A DNA stretch of 64,000 nt from Alistipes sp. (GTDB lineage Bacteria > Bacteroidota > Bacteroidia > Bacteroidales > Rikenellaceae). A model generated the notes under the pieces. The model was not told the origin of the DNA. It searched no databases and was given only the letters and a program-made list of their open reading frames with translations. The stretch lies in contig JAFWYM010000024.1 of assembly GCA_017517705.1 (NCBI GenBank), positions 9,800 through 73,799 on the forward strand. Direction: 5' to 3'. The position numbers and the translations under genes were made by a program. Shown in pieces: positions 38,846 to 48,572 of this stretch (its first letter is position 1; each line of letters opens with the position of its first letter).

Positions 38846-41716
38846 ATGCAAAAGAGATTATTCCTCATCGACGCCTATGCGTTGATATTCAAATACTACT
38901 ACGCCTTTATGGGACGACCTATGCGCAATCGCGATGGGCTGAATACCTCCGTGGTATTCGGCTTCACCAAGTTCTTGCGCGACATTCTCAAGCGCGAGAA
39001 GCCCGACCTTATAGGCGTAGCATTCGACCCTCCCGGAGGATGTTTTCGCCGCGAGATATATGCCGAATATAAGGCCAACAGACCCCCCACACCCGAGGAT
39101 ATCAAAATATCGGTACCCTACGTCAAGCGCCTTCTCGAGGCTATGAACATCCCCATACTGGAGGTTGCGGGCTATGAGGCTGACGATGTAATAGGCACGC
39201 TCGCAAAGCGTGGCGCTGCAGCGGGATATAGCGTATTTATGGTGTCGCCCGACAAGGATTACGGTCAGCTTGTAGACGATAACTGCGTGATATACAAGCA
39301 GAAGGGCGATGAATGTGAGATTGTCGACCGCGCAGCCATCGAGGCTAAGTATGGCTTCAGCGATCCTCTGCTTGTACGCGATATGCTTGCCCTGTGGGGC
39401 GACTCGTCGGACAACATCCCCGGAGTCCCGGGCATCGGCGAGAAGGGTGCCACGAAGCTGGTGAGAGAGTGGGGCACGGCGGAGAACATCCTCGCCAATG
39501 CCGATAAGATTGGCGGAAAGACGGGCAAGAGTCTTACCGAGTGGGGAGAGAAGCTACTCCTTAGCAAGGATCTCACAACAATACGTTTAGATGTGCCGAT
39601 AGAGTTGGATGAGGCTAACCTTATGCTCTCAGAACCTAACTACACGCTCCTACGCGGCCTATACGCCGAGCTTAACTTCTCGTCGTTCCTTCGCGACTTG
39701 GAGAATGTTGCAGCCCCCGAGCCCACAACCTCGCGTCCTACGCAGGCACCACAGATACAGCTCCAGGAGGTGGCACGCGCCAAGGCCGAAGCTAAGCGCC
39801 GTGCAAGCCTCGAGGGCCAGGGCGATCTCTTTGCCATGACGGCGGCACCCGCAGCGACAGAGGCTACAACCGAGGAGCCCGAGATAACGGAGGTTGCCGG
39901 CATGCAGACTATTCTGACCACACCCCACGAATACCGCACAGTACACAACATCGATGAGCTACGCGAATTATGTGGCTACCTCGCACGCTTCGATGAGTTC
40001 TGCTTCGACACCGAGACCACGGGACTCGACCCTATAACGTGCCGTATCGTCGGCATGTCGTTCGCAGCAGAGCCCTTCAAGGCGTGGTATCTCCCCTTCC
40101 CCACAGATGGGGACAAGGCGGAGGAGTACATAGCGCTACTGCGCCAACTATTCGAGGACGAGGCGAAAACTAAGATCGGCCAGAACATCAAGTTCGACCT
40201 GATGGTACTCCGCACCTTGGGCATAGAGCTACGTGGCAAGAAGATAGACACCATGCTACTACACTACATCATCGATGCAGAATCGCGCCACAATATGAAC
40301 TTCCTCGCTGAGCGCTATCTCAACTACACCCCCATTGCCATCGAGACACTCATTGGCAAGGGCGCCAAGCAGCTAACGATGGATATGGTTGGCGTTGAGC
40401 GTGTTGCGGAGTATGCTGCCGAGGATGCCGATGTCACACTACGCCTTAAGCACATACTTATAAAGGAGGTCGAGAGACTCGGGATGATGGATCTATACCT
40501 CAAGGTCGAGGAGCCGATGATAGATGTGCTTGCGGCAATGGAGCTTGAAGGTGTATGTATAGATGTAGCCAAGCTACGCGACTATGCCGTGGGACTTAGA
40601 GCCCTCCTTGCGCGCCTTGAGAACGATGTGCGCGAGATGGCAGATGAGCCTACGCTCAACATCAACTCATCGCGACAACTCGGCGAAGTGCTCTTCGGTA
40701 AGCTGCGCATCACGGAGAAGCCTAAGATGACGAAGATGAAGCAGTTCTCAACCGAGGAGGAGTATCTCCAGGGCTTCGCCCACGATTTCCCGATTGTCGG
40801 CAAGGTACTCGAATATCGAGGCGTCAAGAAGCTCCTCTCCACATACGTCGATGCTCTACCCGAGCTCGTAAACCGCATCTCAGGGCGCATACATACGTCA
40901 TATAACCAAGCCGTTACAGCCACGGGGCGACTATCATCGACAAACCCCAACCTGCAGAATATACCCATCCGCGATGACCTCGGCAAGCCCATACGCGAGG
41001 CCTTCATCGCCTCGGATAAGGATCACATTCTTGTTGCTGCTGACTACTCGCAGATAGAGTTGCGCCTCATGGCGCACCTGAGTGGCGATGAGGCACTCAT
41101 CGAAGCTTTCAATCGTGGCGACGATATTCACTCTGCCACGGCCGCGCGACTATTCCATAAGAGTGCCGACGATGTCACCACCGACGAGCGCCGTAGAGCT
41201 AAAACGGCGAACTTCGGCATCATATACGGCATCTCGGCATTCGGTCTTGCCCAGCGCCTCGACATCCCCAATCGCGAGGCTAAGGCTCTCATCGAAAACT
41301 ACTTCGCCTCATATCCCGCCATCAAGGCATACATGGATAATGCCATTGCAAAGGCTGCGAGCGACGGGTATGTGGAGACTATGTTTGGTCGCCGCCGCAT
41401 ACTCCACGACATAACCTCATCGAATCGTACCGTGCGTGGTGTCGCCGAACGCAACGCCATAAATGCTCCCATACAGGGCTCCGCTGCCGATATTATGAAG
41501 CTCGCGATGATAGAGATTGCACGACGCTTTACCGAGGCAGGCATACGCTCAAAGATGATTATGCAGGTACACGATGAGGTCGTTATCGACACCCTACGCT
41601 CCGAACTCGATGACGTCAAGCGCATAGTCAAGGAGGCTATGGAGAGCGTGGCAGAGCTGCGAGTGCCACTTATTGCCGAGGTGAATAGCGGCGAATGCTG
41701 GCTCGAAGCACACTAA
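38846..41716 (+). CDS. polA: DNA polymerase I
   Basis: 5'-3' exonuclease (LIDAYALIF, YEADDVIGTL, GDSSDNIPGVPGIGEK), 3'-5' exonuclease (FDTETTGLD), polymerase motifs ADYSQIELR, AKTANFGIIYG and QVHDE. Confidence 0.99.
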   Translation: MQKRLFLIDAYALIFKYYYAFMGRPMRNRDGLNTSVVFGFTKFLRDILKREKPDLIGVAFDPPGGCFRREIYAEYKANRPPTPEDIKISVPYVKRLLEAMNIPILEVAGYEADDVIGTLAKRGAAAGYSVFMVSPDKDYGQLVDDNCVIYKQKGDECEIVDRAAIEAKYGFSDPLLVRDMLALWGDSSDNIPGVPGIGEKGATKLVREWGTAENILANADKIGGKTGKSLTEWGEKLLLSKDLTTIRLDVPIELDEANLMLSEPNYTLLRGLYAELNFSSFLRDLENVAAPEPTTSRPTQAPQIQLQEVARAKAEAKRRASLEGQGDLFAMTAAPAATEATTEEPEITEVAGMQTILTTPHEYRTVHNIDELRELCGYLARFDEFCFDTETTGLDPITCRIVGMSFAAEPFKAWYLPFPTDGDKAEEYIALLRQLFEDEAKTKIGQNIKFDLMVLRTLGIELRGKKIDTMLLHYIIDAESRHNMNFLAERYLNYTPIAIETLIGKGAKQLTMDMVGVERVAEYAAEDADVTLRLKHILIKEVERLGMMDLYLKVEEPMIDVLAAMELEGVCIDVAKLRDYAVGLRALLARLENDVREMADEPTLNINSSRQLGEVLFGKLRITEKPKMTKMKQFSTEEEYLQGFAHDFPIVGKVLEYRGVKKLLSTYVDALPELVNRISGRIHTSYNQAVTATGRLSSTNPNLQNIPIRDDLGKPIREAFIASDKDHILVAADYSQIELRLMAHLSGDEALIEAFNRGDDIHSATAARLFHKSADDVTTDERRRAKTANFGIIYGISAFGLAQRLDIPNREAKALIENYFASYPAIKAYMDNAIAKAASDGYVETMFGRRRILHDITSSNRTVRGVAERNAINAPIQGSAADIMKLAMIEIARRFTEAGIRSKMIMQVHDEVVIDTLRSELDDVKRIVKEAMESVAELRVPLIAEVNSGECWLEAH

Positions 41717-41739
41717 GAGATAGATAGTATTGTCGGTAT

Positions 41740-41769
41740 GGCCTATGCTTAAAATATTGAGTATAGGCC
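41740..41769 (+). terminator. Possible polA terminator hairpin
   Basis: GGCCTATGCTTA / TGAGTATAGGCC with two G-U pairs; no clear U-tract. Confidence 0.45.
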
Positions 41770-41864
41770 AAACTTATAATATTATAAAAATTTTTAGCTT
41801 GACAATATCATTTTTTTGTTCTATTTTTGCACCAAGAAACAAGAACAATAAAACTAAAAATACT

Positions 41865-42239
41865 ATGACTACAAAATTTTATAAGTGCAATGTTTGCGGA
41901 AATGTGATACATAAGGTTGTGGACTCTAAAGTCCCCGTGGTATGTTGTGGACAGAAGATGGAGGAGCTCATCCCCAATACGGTAGATGCCAGTGGCGAGA
42001 AGCATGTGCCCGTGGTTACGCTTCTTGGCGATGGTCGCCTCAGAGTAGACGTTGGTAGCGTTCCACATCCTATGACCGACGAGCACCACATAGCCTTCGT
42101 ATATGTAGAGACACAGCGTGGCGGCATACGTGTAGACCTTACGGAGACGCCTTCGGCCGAGATATTCGTTGGCGATGATAAGCCCGTTGCCGTATACGAG
42201 TATTGCAATCTTCATGGGCTCTGGAAGACGGAGTTGTAA
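41865..42239 (+). CDS. dfx: Desulfoferrodoxin / superoxide reductase
   Basis: YKCNVCGN...VCCG (desulforedoxin centre), EKHVP, HPM..EHHI, YCNLHGLW; promoter TATTTTTG at 41822. Start moved from 41730 to ATG 41865. Confidence 0.95.
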   Translation: MTTKFYKCNVCGNVIHKVVDSKVPVVCCGQKMEELIPNTVDASGEKHVPVVTLLGDGRLRVDVGSVPHPMTDEHHIAFVYVETQRGGIRVDLTETPSAEIFVGDDKPVAVYEYCNLHGLWKTEL

Positions 42240-42330
42240 CCCGGCAATCATACTGAACGGGGGGGGTAGATCATTATTATCATGTAACACACCTTCGGTA
42301 TAACGCCCCATTCCCGCTCTACTATATAAC

Positions 42331-42364
42331 AAAACAGAGGCTCGAATAATCGAGCCTCTGTTTT
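42331..42364. terminator. Bidirectional terminator between dfx and the exbD operon
   Basis: Perfect inverted repeat AAAACAGAGGCTCGA / TCGAGCCTCTGTTTT. Confidence 0.9.
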
Positions 42365-42384
42365 ATTAGGTTGGATATAACCTA

Positions 42385-42837
42385 TTAGCGGTTTGTCTCG
42401 CTTGCGCGTGCTGCGTATGCGATATTGAGCGCCTCAGCCTTACGTAACTCCTGCTTTACAGCGGTGAGCTTACCTACTGTTGCACCCTCATCCACACGAA
42501 GGTTAACAACGATGTCCTTAGGACCTACGCCCTTGGTAACTGTCGTTGCCGAGATAAAGTCTCGGATATCCTCTACTTCACGGGTCTGGTCGTTGAGCTG
42601 AATCTTCAACGCATCCTCACCCTTAGCTGCGCCAAGGGGCTTACCCATCCAAATGTTCACAAGATTCTTCTTGTCGAGCTCAGTGATCTCTATAGCCTCG
42701 GGCATCTGCACCGAAACCAACGGATCTACCTCACGCATCGTCGTTGCTGCCATGAAGAAGAACAGAAGCATAAACACGATGTCGGGAAGTGATGATGTCG
42801 ACATAGCGGGCACTTCACGCTTGCCCTTTTTTGCCAT
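42385..42837 (-). CDS. exbD: ExbD/TolR family biopolymer transporter
   Basis: STSSLPDIVFMLLFFFM transmembrane segment with the conserved Asp; periplasmic LRVDE. Confidence 0.9.
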   Translation of the reverse strand: MAKKGKREVPAMSTSSLPDIVFMLLFFFMAATTMREVDPLVSVQMPEAIEITELDKKNLVNIWMGKPLGAAKGEDALKIQLNDQTREVEDIRDFISATTVTKGVGPKDIVVNLRVDEGATVGKLTAVKQELRKAEALNIAYAARASETNR

Positions 42838-42848
42838 TACTGCCATAA

Positions 42849-43445
42849 CTACTTCTTTGTTTGATCGTTAGGTTCTGCCTCAGATATCTTCATAGGTACA
42901 GCCTTACGGATGTTACCGGCCTGGATGTCGTCCAACTCGTCATACGCCTTGCCATATACCTGACGCGATACGTCGTCGCGATAGAGGCTGAAGGCATGAG
43001 TAAGCTCATCCTGCACCTTGAGATATACCTTATACTCTGTTTCATCGTCGGCCTTAAGAGATACCAGACCCTCGCTGACTTTGTACATGCCGCCGTCAAT
43101 CTCGGTATCCTTCTTGTTCGATCTTTCGGGATCTACAAGGAAGAAGTATACCTCGCGAGAGAGACGTGAGTGCTCGCCGCTACGACGCAAGTCGCTTGAG
43201 CGGTACTCCTCCGTACCAACCATGATAGCACCACTACGTGATACGTTTACCTTAAGTACGTTACGCTCGTTTACGTCAACATCGTTCTGCTGCTCTGTCG
43301 GGTCGATCCAAGGCGGAAGCGTTCGCTTCATACCTGTGTCGACATCCATCGTAGTTGTCACCAAGAAGAATATCAACAGCAGGAACGCGATATCCGCCAT
43401 TGAACTGGAGTTAATCTCTCCAGCCTTTTTCTTAGCTTTTGCCAT
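42849..43445 (-). CDS. exbD: ExbD/TolR family biopolymer transporter (second copy)
   Basis: NSSSMADIAFLLLIFFLVTTTM, LKADDET, VPMKISEAEP. Confidence 0.9.
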   Translation of the reverse strand: MAKAKKKAGEINSSSMADIAFLLLIFFLVTTTMDVDTGMKRTLPPWIDPTEQQNDVDVNERNVLKVNVSRSGAIMVGTEEYRSSDLRRSGEHSRLSREVYFFLVDPERSNKKDTEIDGGMYKVSEGLVSLKADDETEYKVYLKVQDELTHAFSLYRDDVSRQVYGKAYDELDDIQAGNIRKAVPMKISEAEPNDQTKK

Positions 43446-43448
43446 AAA

Positions 43449-44402
43449 CTACGATTTATAAATACCACGAATAGCCGAGAACAAGGCTGCCAATGCAGCA
43501 CCGGCGAATGTGATGTAAGTTACCAAAATACTTGTGTCGGCAACCATGTACTCGAATGTGCCGAATACTGTGCGTGTTGCAGGGTCAGTACCGATACCGA
43601 GGTCATAACCTGCAGCATCCTTCAACGTAGCACCCTCTGTCCAACCATTGCTTGAAGCAATGAAGTATGATACAGCAACAACAACGACAACAACAACCAA
43701 TGCCAAGATGGTCTTCTTCAAACCACCGGCGTTGAGCATCATGTTCCAGATGGCGCTCATTACGATGAAGCAAACAGCGAATACCATCAAGAAGTAGAAC
43801 CACATAAGGTTCCAGTGGATAGCCGTAGCAAGAGCAACCATATTCTCACCATCAGCCTTAGCAACCTCGTTAGCCTTGATAGAGGTAGCGATGTTCTCCT
43901 CCATAATGGTAACGTTCTCCTTATACTGGTTAAGAGTGTCGTTCAAAGCCTTGAAGTCGGCAACAACCTTCTCAGCCTCCTCAAGAGCCTTCTTGCTGCC
44001 CTTCTTATCCTTCAACTCCTCAATCTTATTCTGAGCCTCAAGAGCAGCCTCACGGTTGTCTGAAACCTTCTTCTCGTACTCGGGGATAAGCTTCTCGATA
44101 GTGTTCGCGAGCTTCTCCTTCTCAGCCTCGATGGCATCAAGGGTAAGGATACCCTCGTCGAGCTGGTTGGCAAAGATGATGCCAAGCGCCTCGATACCCT
44201 CCTGTGCCGACTCTACGGGCACGGGCTGGTCATCCTCAGTATTCACAGCAACACCATTAGCATCGAACTTCTGCACAAGAGGTGTGCTTGTGGCAATCTT
44301 TGCAGAGTCGGGAGCATTCCAACCTGCTACGATAGCCCACGCAACCATTGCTACCGACACCAAGGCGAAAGCCAAGAATACGTAACTATGTAATTTTCTC
44401 AT
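43449..44402 (-). CDS. Hypothetical membrane protein in the exbB-exbD operon with a long coiled-coil loop
   Basis: One N-terminal and three C-terminal transmembrane helices, separated by about 170 soluble Glu/Lys/Ala-rich residues. Confidence 0.75.
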   Translation of the reverse strand: MRKLHSYVFLAFALVSVAMVAWAIVAGWNAPDSAKIATSTPLVQKFDANGVAVNTEDDQPVPVESAQEGIEALGIIFANQLDEGILTLDAIEAEKEKLANTIEKLIPEYEKKVSDNREAALEAQNKIEELKDKKGSKKALEEAEKVVADFKALNDTLNQYKENVTIMEENIATSIKANEVAKADGENMVALATAIHWNLMWFYFLMVFAVCFIVMSAIWNMMLNAGGLKKTILALVVVVVVVAVSYFIASSNGWTEGATLKDAAGYDLGIGTDPATRTVFGTFEYMVADTSILVTYITFAGAALAALFSAIRGIYKS

Positions 44403-44435
44403 AATTGACTGTTTCTTAAAAATAGTTGGTCTTAA

Positions 44436-45212
44436 TTATCGCTTGCTGTATGCTGTGAGCATATCAATCAAGGTGATTGAAGTATCCTCCATCTTAACTA
44501 CCTGACCCTCGATCTTAGAGAGGATGTAGTTGAAGAACACCTGAAGGATAACGGCAGAGATAAGACCCATCAAGGTAGTCAAAAGAGCCACCTTAATACC
44601 ACCGGCAACGACTGCGGGAGAGATAGTAGCCTGAGCCTGAATGTCATCGAATGCCTGGATCATACCCACAACGGTACCCATGAATCCGAGTGAAGGAGAC
44701 AAAGCGATGAACAACGAGATCCAAGAGAGACCTGACTCGAGGTGACCCTGCTGAACTGAACCGTAAGAAACGACAGCCTTCTCAACAGCCTCCAAGCCCT
44801 GATCGTAGCGAAGAAGACCCTGGTAGTAAATCGATGCAACAGGGCCACGTGTGTTGCGGCAGTACTCCATAGCAGCCTCAATACCCTGAGTGTTAAGCAA
44901 CTCCTCAACAGTAGCAGTAAACTTCTTGGTGTTGATCTGAGACATAGTCAGGTAGAGGATACGCTCGATAGCGATAGCCAAACCGAGAACCAAGCAGACA
45001 AGCACGGGAAGCATCCACTCCCAACCACCTTCCAAGAACTTCTTCATAAGAGCGAAGTGCATAGGCTCACCAGCCAACTCCTCAGCCTCAGCCTCGGGTG
45101 CAACCTGCTCTACTGCAGCCTCCTGTACGGGAGCCTGGTTAGCATCATCCTGTGCATAAGCAGCGCCGAATGAAAGAGTGGCAGCTGCCAAAACCAAAAA
45201 TAATTTTTTCAT
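44436..45212 (-). CDS. exbB: MotA/TolQ/ExbB proton channel protein
   Basis: GGWEWM, GLAIAIER, SPSLGFMGTVVGMIQAF, GGIKVALLTT. Confidence 0.93.
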   Translation of the reverse strand: MKKLFLVLAAATLSFGAAYAQDDANQAPVQEAAVEQVAPEAEAEELAGEPMHFALMKKFLEGGWEWMLPVLVCLVLGLAIAIERILYLTMSQINTKKFTATVEELLNTQGIEAAMEYCRNTRGPVASIYYQGLLRYDQGLEAVEKAVVSYGSVQQGHLESGLSWISLFIALSPSLGFMGTVVGMIQAFDDIQAQATISPAVVAGGIKVALLTTLMGLISAVILQVFFNYILSKIEGQVVKMEDTSITLIDMLTAYSKR

Positions 45213-45480
45213 AATGTTTTGTTAGTTAAAATTTGTAATTTTTAGTAGTTGTTATCTCTATAATTTGTTTTAAATTAATTAATCCTCAAATTTTATTCAC
45301 GCCAAGAATCTTACATTCCAAACGCATATATAGGAGCACAATGCCCCCTAAGTATCTCAAAACTAAATGTCAATCAAGCCATTACACGCCCTCACTAAGT
45401 CATACCACCATTCCGGCACCCTCTTTAGGGGACATTTTGCAGTGCGAAATATACGCATTATTTCCGAAAAGTGCAACGCT

Positions 45481-46518
45481 TTAGAGCGTAAATTCGCCAC
45501 GCAGAGGCCTGCGCATCAAACTAAGAGTTTCCGAAAGTGGCAAATTTTTGCCTAAAACGTACATTAGCTTTGTCACGGCAGCCTCGATAGTCATATCGTG
45601 ACCAGAGACCACGCCCGCCTCCTGCAACGCAAGGCCCGTTTCGTAGAGGTGCATCTGCACGGCACCATCCTTACACTGCGACACGTTAACTACTACGACA
45701 CCACGATCGATAGCCTCCTTCACCAGATCGACGAACCACTGCGACGTCGGGGCGTTGCCAGCACCATAGGTCTCGAGCACCACACCACGAGCACCACTCT
45801 CGATAAGCATGGCGCGTAGTGTCGCAGGACGTATGCCCGGGAAGAGCTTTACCACCACGACCTCATCCGAGAGCGCCTCACTTATGCGGAACTCGTCCGA
45901 AAAGTCAGGGGCATAGGGCGCTATTGCCGAAGTGTTGTACTGTATGTTTACGCCGACATCCGCTAACGCTACATAGTTGAACGAGGCAAAGGCATTGAGT
46001 GCCTCGGCGCTGAATTTCGTCGTGCGGTTACCACGGAAGAGGCGGTTTTGGAAGTATAGCGCCACCTCGGGGACAAGCGGACAGCCATCCTCGTTGCGTG
46101 CTCCCGCAATCTCGATAGCCGTAATAAGATTCTCACGACCGTCGGTGCGGAGGATGCCTATAGGTATCTGGCTGCCGGTGAATATCACGGGCTTAGCCAA
46201 ATTCTCGAGCATGAAGCTAAGCGCCGATGCCGAGTACGACATAGTATCCGTGCCGTGGAGTATGACAAAGCCGTCGTAGCGAGCGTAGTTATCGCGGATG
46301 ATGCGTGCCATGTTTGCCCAGTTCTCCACCGAGACATTCGACGAGTCGATGGGGGGCTTTATGGTGAGCACCTCAATATCAACGTTTAGTCGCTTAAGTG
46401 ATGGAAACTCCTCGTATATTCCGCTGAAGTCGAAGGGGACAAGGGCACCTGTGGCCTCGTCGGTCTTCATACCGATGGTACCACCGGTGTATATGATAAG
46501 TATCGATGATCGTTTCAT
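45481..46518 (-). CDS. ansA: L-asparaginase type I
   Basis: IYTGGTIGM, IDSSN, HGTDTMSY, TGSQIP, ETYGAGN. Confidence 0.95.
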   Translation of the reverse strand: MKRSSILIIYTGGTIGMKTDEATGALVPFDFSGIYEEFPSLKRLNVDIEVLTIKPPIDSSNVSVENWANMARIIRDNYARYDGFVILHGTDTMSYSASALSFMLENLAKPVIFTGSQIPIGILRTDGRENLITAIEIAGARNEDGCPLVPEVALYFQNRLFRGNRTTKFSAEALNAFASFNYVALADVGVNIQYNTSAIAPYAPDFSDEFRISEALSDEVVVVKLFPGIRPATLRAMLIESGARGVVLETYGAGNAPTSQWFVDLVKEAIDRGVVVVNVSQCKDGAVQMHLYETGLALQEAGVVSGHDMTIEAAVTKLMYVLGKNLPLSETLSLMRRPLRGEFTL

Positions 46519-46644
46519 AAACGAGCCTCATGTGGCGTTAGTGCCACACATATTATTACAAAGGTACACAAAAAAAACGTACGATGAACCTTTTTATGCA
46601 AAAAAATCACGCCGGGGCCCTATATTCCTACATTTGAGGCTCCG

Positions 46645-47421
46645 CTACAGGGCGAAAATCCTACGCGCCGTGGCAGTTGTTACGGCATCCACACGTTCAG
46701 TTGCTAAGCCGTGAATATCAGCGACTTTGCGGCATACATACTCCACGTATGACGACTCGTTGCGCTTGCCACGGTGAGGCACGGGCGTGAGGTAGGGGCA
46801 GTCCGTCTCGAGGATGAGCAGCTCGGTAGGCAGCTCCGCGACGACCCTATCGAGTCCCGAATTTTTAAACGTGACAACACCGCCGATGCCAAAGACAAAG
46901 TCGCCGTGCTTCAGCAGCTTACGCGCCATGTCGGCATCCGAGGCATAGGCGTGGAAGACACCCCTAAGACCGCGCCCGCGATATGTCGCTACGGCATCGA
47001 GCATCTCGTCGTATGCCGAGCGCGTGTGTATCGCGACAGCCTTGTCGTACTTTAGCGCAAGCTCGAGTTGAGCGTGTAGCACCTCGCGTTGCTCGCGATA
47101 GAAATCCCTGCTCCAATAGAGATCTAAGCCTATCTCGCCCACGCCACAGAGCGCCATAGGAGGGTTGTTTAGTAGCGCCTCAACCATGTCGAGCTCTTCC
47201 CGCCAGCGTGGGTTGTCGTTTACCGACGTGGGGTGTAGTCCCACCATCGGGCGACAGTAGTCGGGGTGGGCTTTAGCGAGGTCGAACATGCGATCGCGAC
47301 TCTCGGAGTCTATGTCCGGCAGGAGTAGCATCTCTACACCCACCTCGCGGGCTCGTGCCAAGGCCTCGGCACGATCTGCATCGAACTCCTCGGTATATAT
47401 ATGTGAGTGTGTATCAATCAT
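46645..47421 (-). CDS. tatD: TatD family hydrolase
   Basis: IDTHSH, VGLHP, VGEIGLD, IHTR, GVFH, LETDCPYL. Confidence 0.95.
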   Translation of the reverse strand: MIDTHSHIYTEEFDADRAEALARAREVGVEMLLLPDIDSESRDRMFDLAKAHPDYCRPMVGLHPTSVNDNPRWREELDMVEALLNNPPMALCGVGEIGLDLYWSRDFYREQREVLHAQLELALKYDKAVAIHTRSAYDEMLDAVATYRGRGLRGVFHAYASDADMARKLLKHGDFVFGIGGVVTFKNSGLDRVVAELPTELLILETDCPYLTPVPHRGKRNESSYVEYVCRKVADIHGLATERVDAVTTATARRIFAL

Positions 47422-47442
47422 ATAGCCTATATGTATACTCTA

Positions 47443-48543
47443 CTAAACTTTTTCGTAGCGCTTACCCGGCAGCGCTCGTATGCGCCCCTTAAGTTCGAGC
47501 TCCATCATCTCCATGGCGAGCTCGCCGATAGATAACCCTGTGATGGCGAGCATAGCAGCATGGTCGAGTGTCGCGGCACTATCGAAAGCCCTAAGTATCA
47601 GTCGCTCGTTGGCTGTTAGGTCATCGTCGTCGCACTCTGTCGTGGGCTGCACCTCCTTGGCTGTTATCTGCCAGCCGAGGTCATCTATAATATCCCGAGC
47701 CGAGAGTATCAGGCGTGCCTTACCACTGCGTATCAGGTTGTTGGTGCCAAACGACATGCCATCTGTTATGCGCCCGGGCACGGCCATCACGATGCGTCCA
47801 TAGCTGTCGGCCATCTCAGCAGTGCTCAGAGCACCTCCCGTTGCGGGCGACTCAATGACAACAACGCCCGCGCTCATACCCGCGATGATGCGGTTGCGAG
47901 CAAGAAAGAGGTTGCCATTCTGCTTCGTGCGTGAGTGTAGCTCCGAGACTATGGCACCTCCATTGCGTACTATATCCTCAGCCAGGGCATGGTGCGGCGT
48001 AGGTGTCACCTCGGGGAGCACGCTCGCAACGACAGCGATTGTCGTCGCGCCATGTGCGAGTGCAGCGCGATGACAGGCACCATCGACACCATAAGCGAGG
48101 CCACTCACGACACACAAATCGTCGATGGCCTCCGCAAGGTCTCCTATCAGCTTGTCCACGACATGTATGCCCGAGGGCGATACCTCGCGCGTGCCCACCA
48201 TCGAGAGCGTGCGCAGCGATAGCGCCTCGACGTTGCCACGCACGAAGAGCACATGAGGTCTATCCGAGGCTTCACGTAGCGGTGCGGGATACTCCATGTC
48301 CGTTGCTGCGATTATGCGTATGTCGTGCTTGCGGCAGTACTCCACCTCGGCCTTCGCCTCGCGCATACCTTCGCCCGCGATGATGCGCTCGGCAAGCTCG
48401 GGGCGTAGCTTGGCATCGTCAACGAGGGCCGCGCGCGACGCTGCGTAGACCTCCTCGGCACTGCCGAAGTGGTCTACGAGGTACGCTGCCCCGCGACTGC
48501 CTACGCCACGGACAAAGATAAGAGCTAAATCTTCTAACGTCAC
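47443..48543 (-). CDS. dprA: DNA-processing protein DprA
   Basis: MVGTR, VSGLAYGVD, FLARNRIIAG, GGALSTA, VMAVPG, C-terminal winged-helix LELKGRI. Confidence 0.95.
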   Translation of the reverse strand: MTLEDLALIFVRGVGSRGAAYLVDHFGSAEEVYAASRAALVDDAKLRPELAERIIAGEGMREAKAEVEYCRKHDIRIIAATDMEYPAPLREASDRPHVLFVRGNVEALSLRTLSMVGTREVSPSGIHVVDKLIGDLAEAIDDLCVVSGLAYGVDGACHRAALAHGATTIAVVASVLPEVTPTPHHALAEDIVRNGGAIVSELHSRTKQNGNLFLARNRIIAGMSAGVVVIESPATGGALSTAEMADSYGRIVMAVPGRITDGMSFGTNNLIRSGKARLILSARDIIDDLGWQITAKEVQPTTECDDDDLTANERLILRAFDSAATLDHAAMLAITGLSIGELAMEMMELELKGRIRALPGKRYEKV

Positions 48544-48572
48544 CGCTTCTGAGTTTGTAACATCAACCTTAA

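Noticed and set aside
45407-45426. tRNA-like 5' segment on the minus strand (AAAGAGGGTGCCGGAATGGT) just after a promoter-like TATATTTCG
   Set aside because: No anticodon arm, T-arm (GTTCRA) or matching acceptor 3' strand follows. At most a remnant, and possibly chance; tRNAscan-SE or ARAGORN would settle it.
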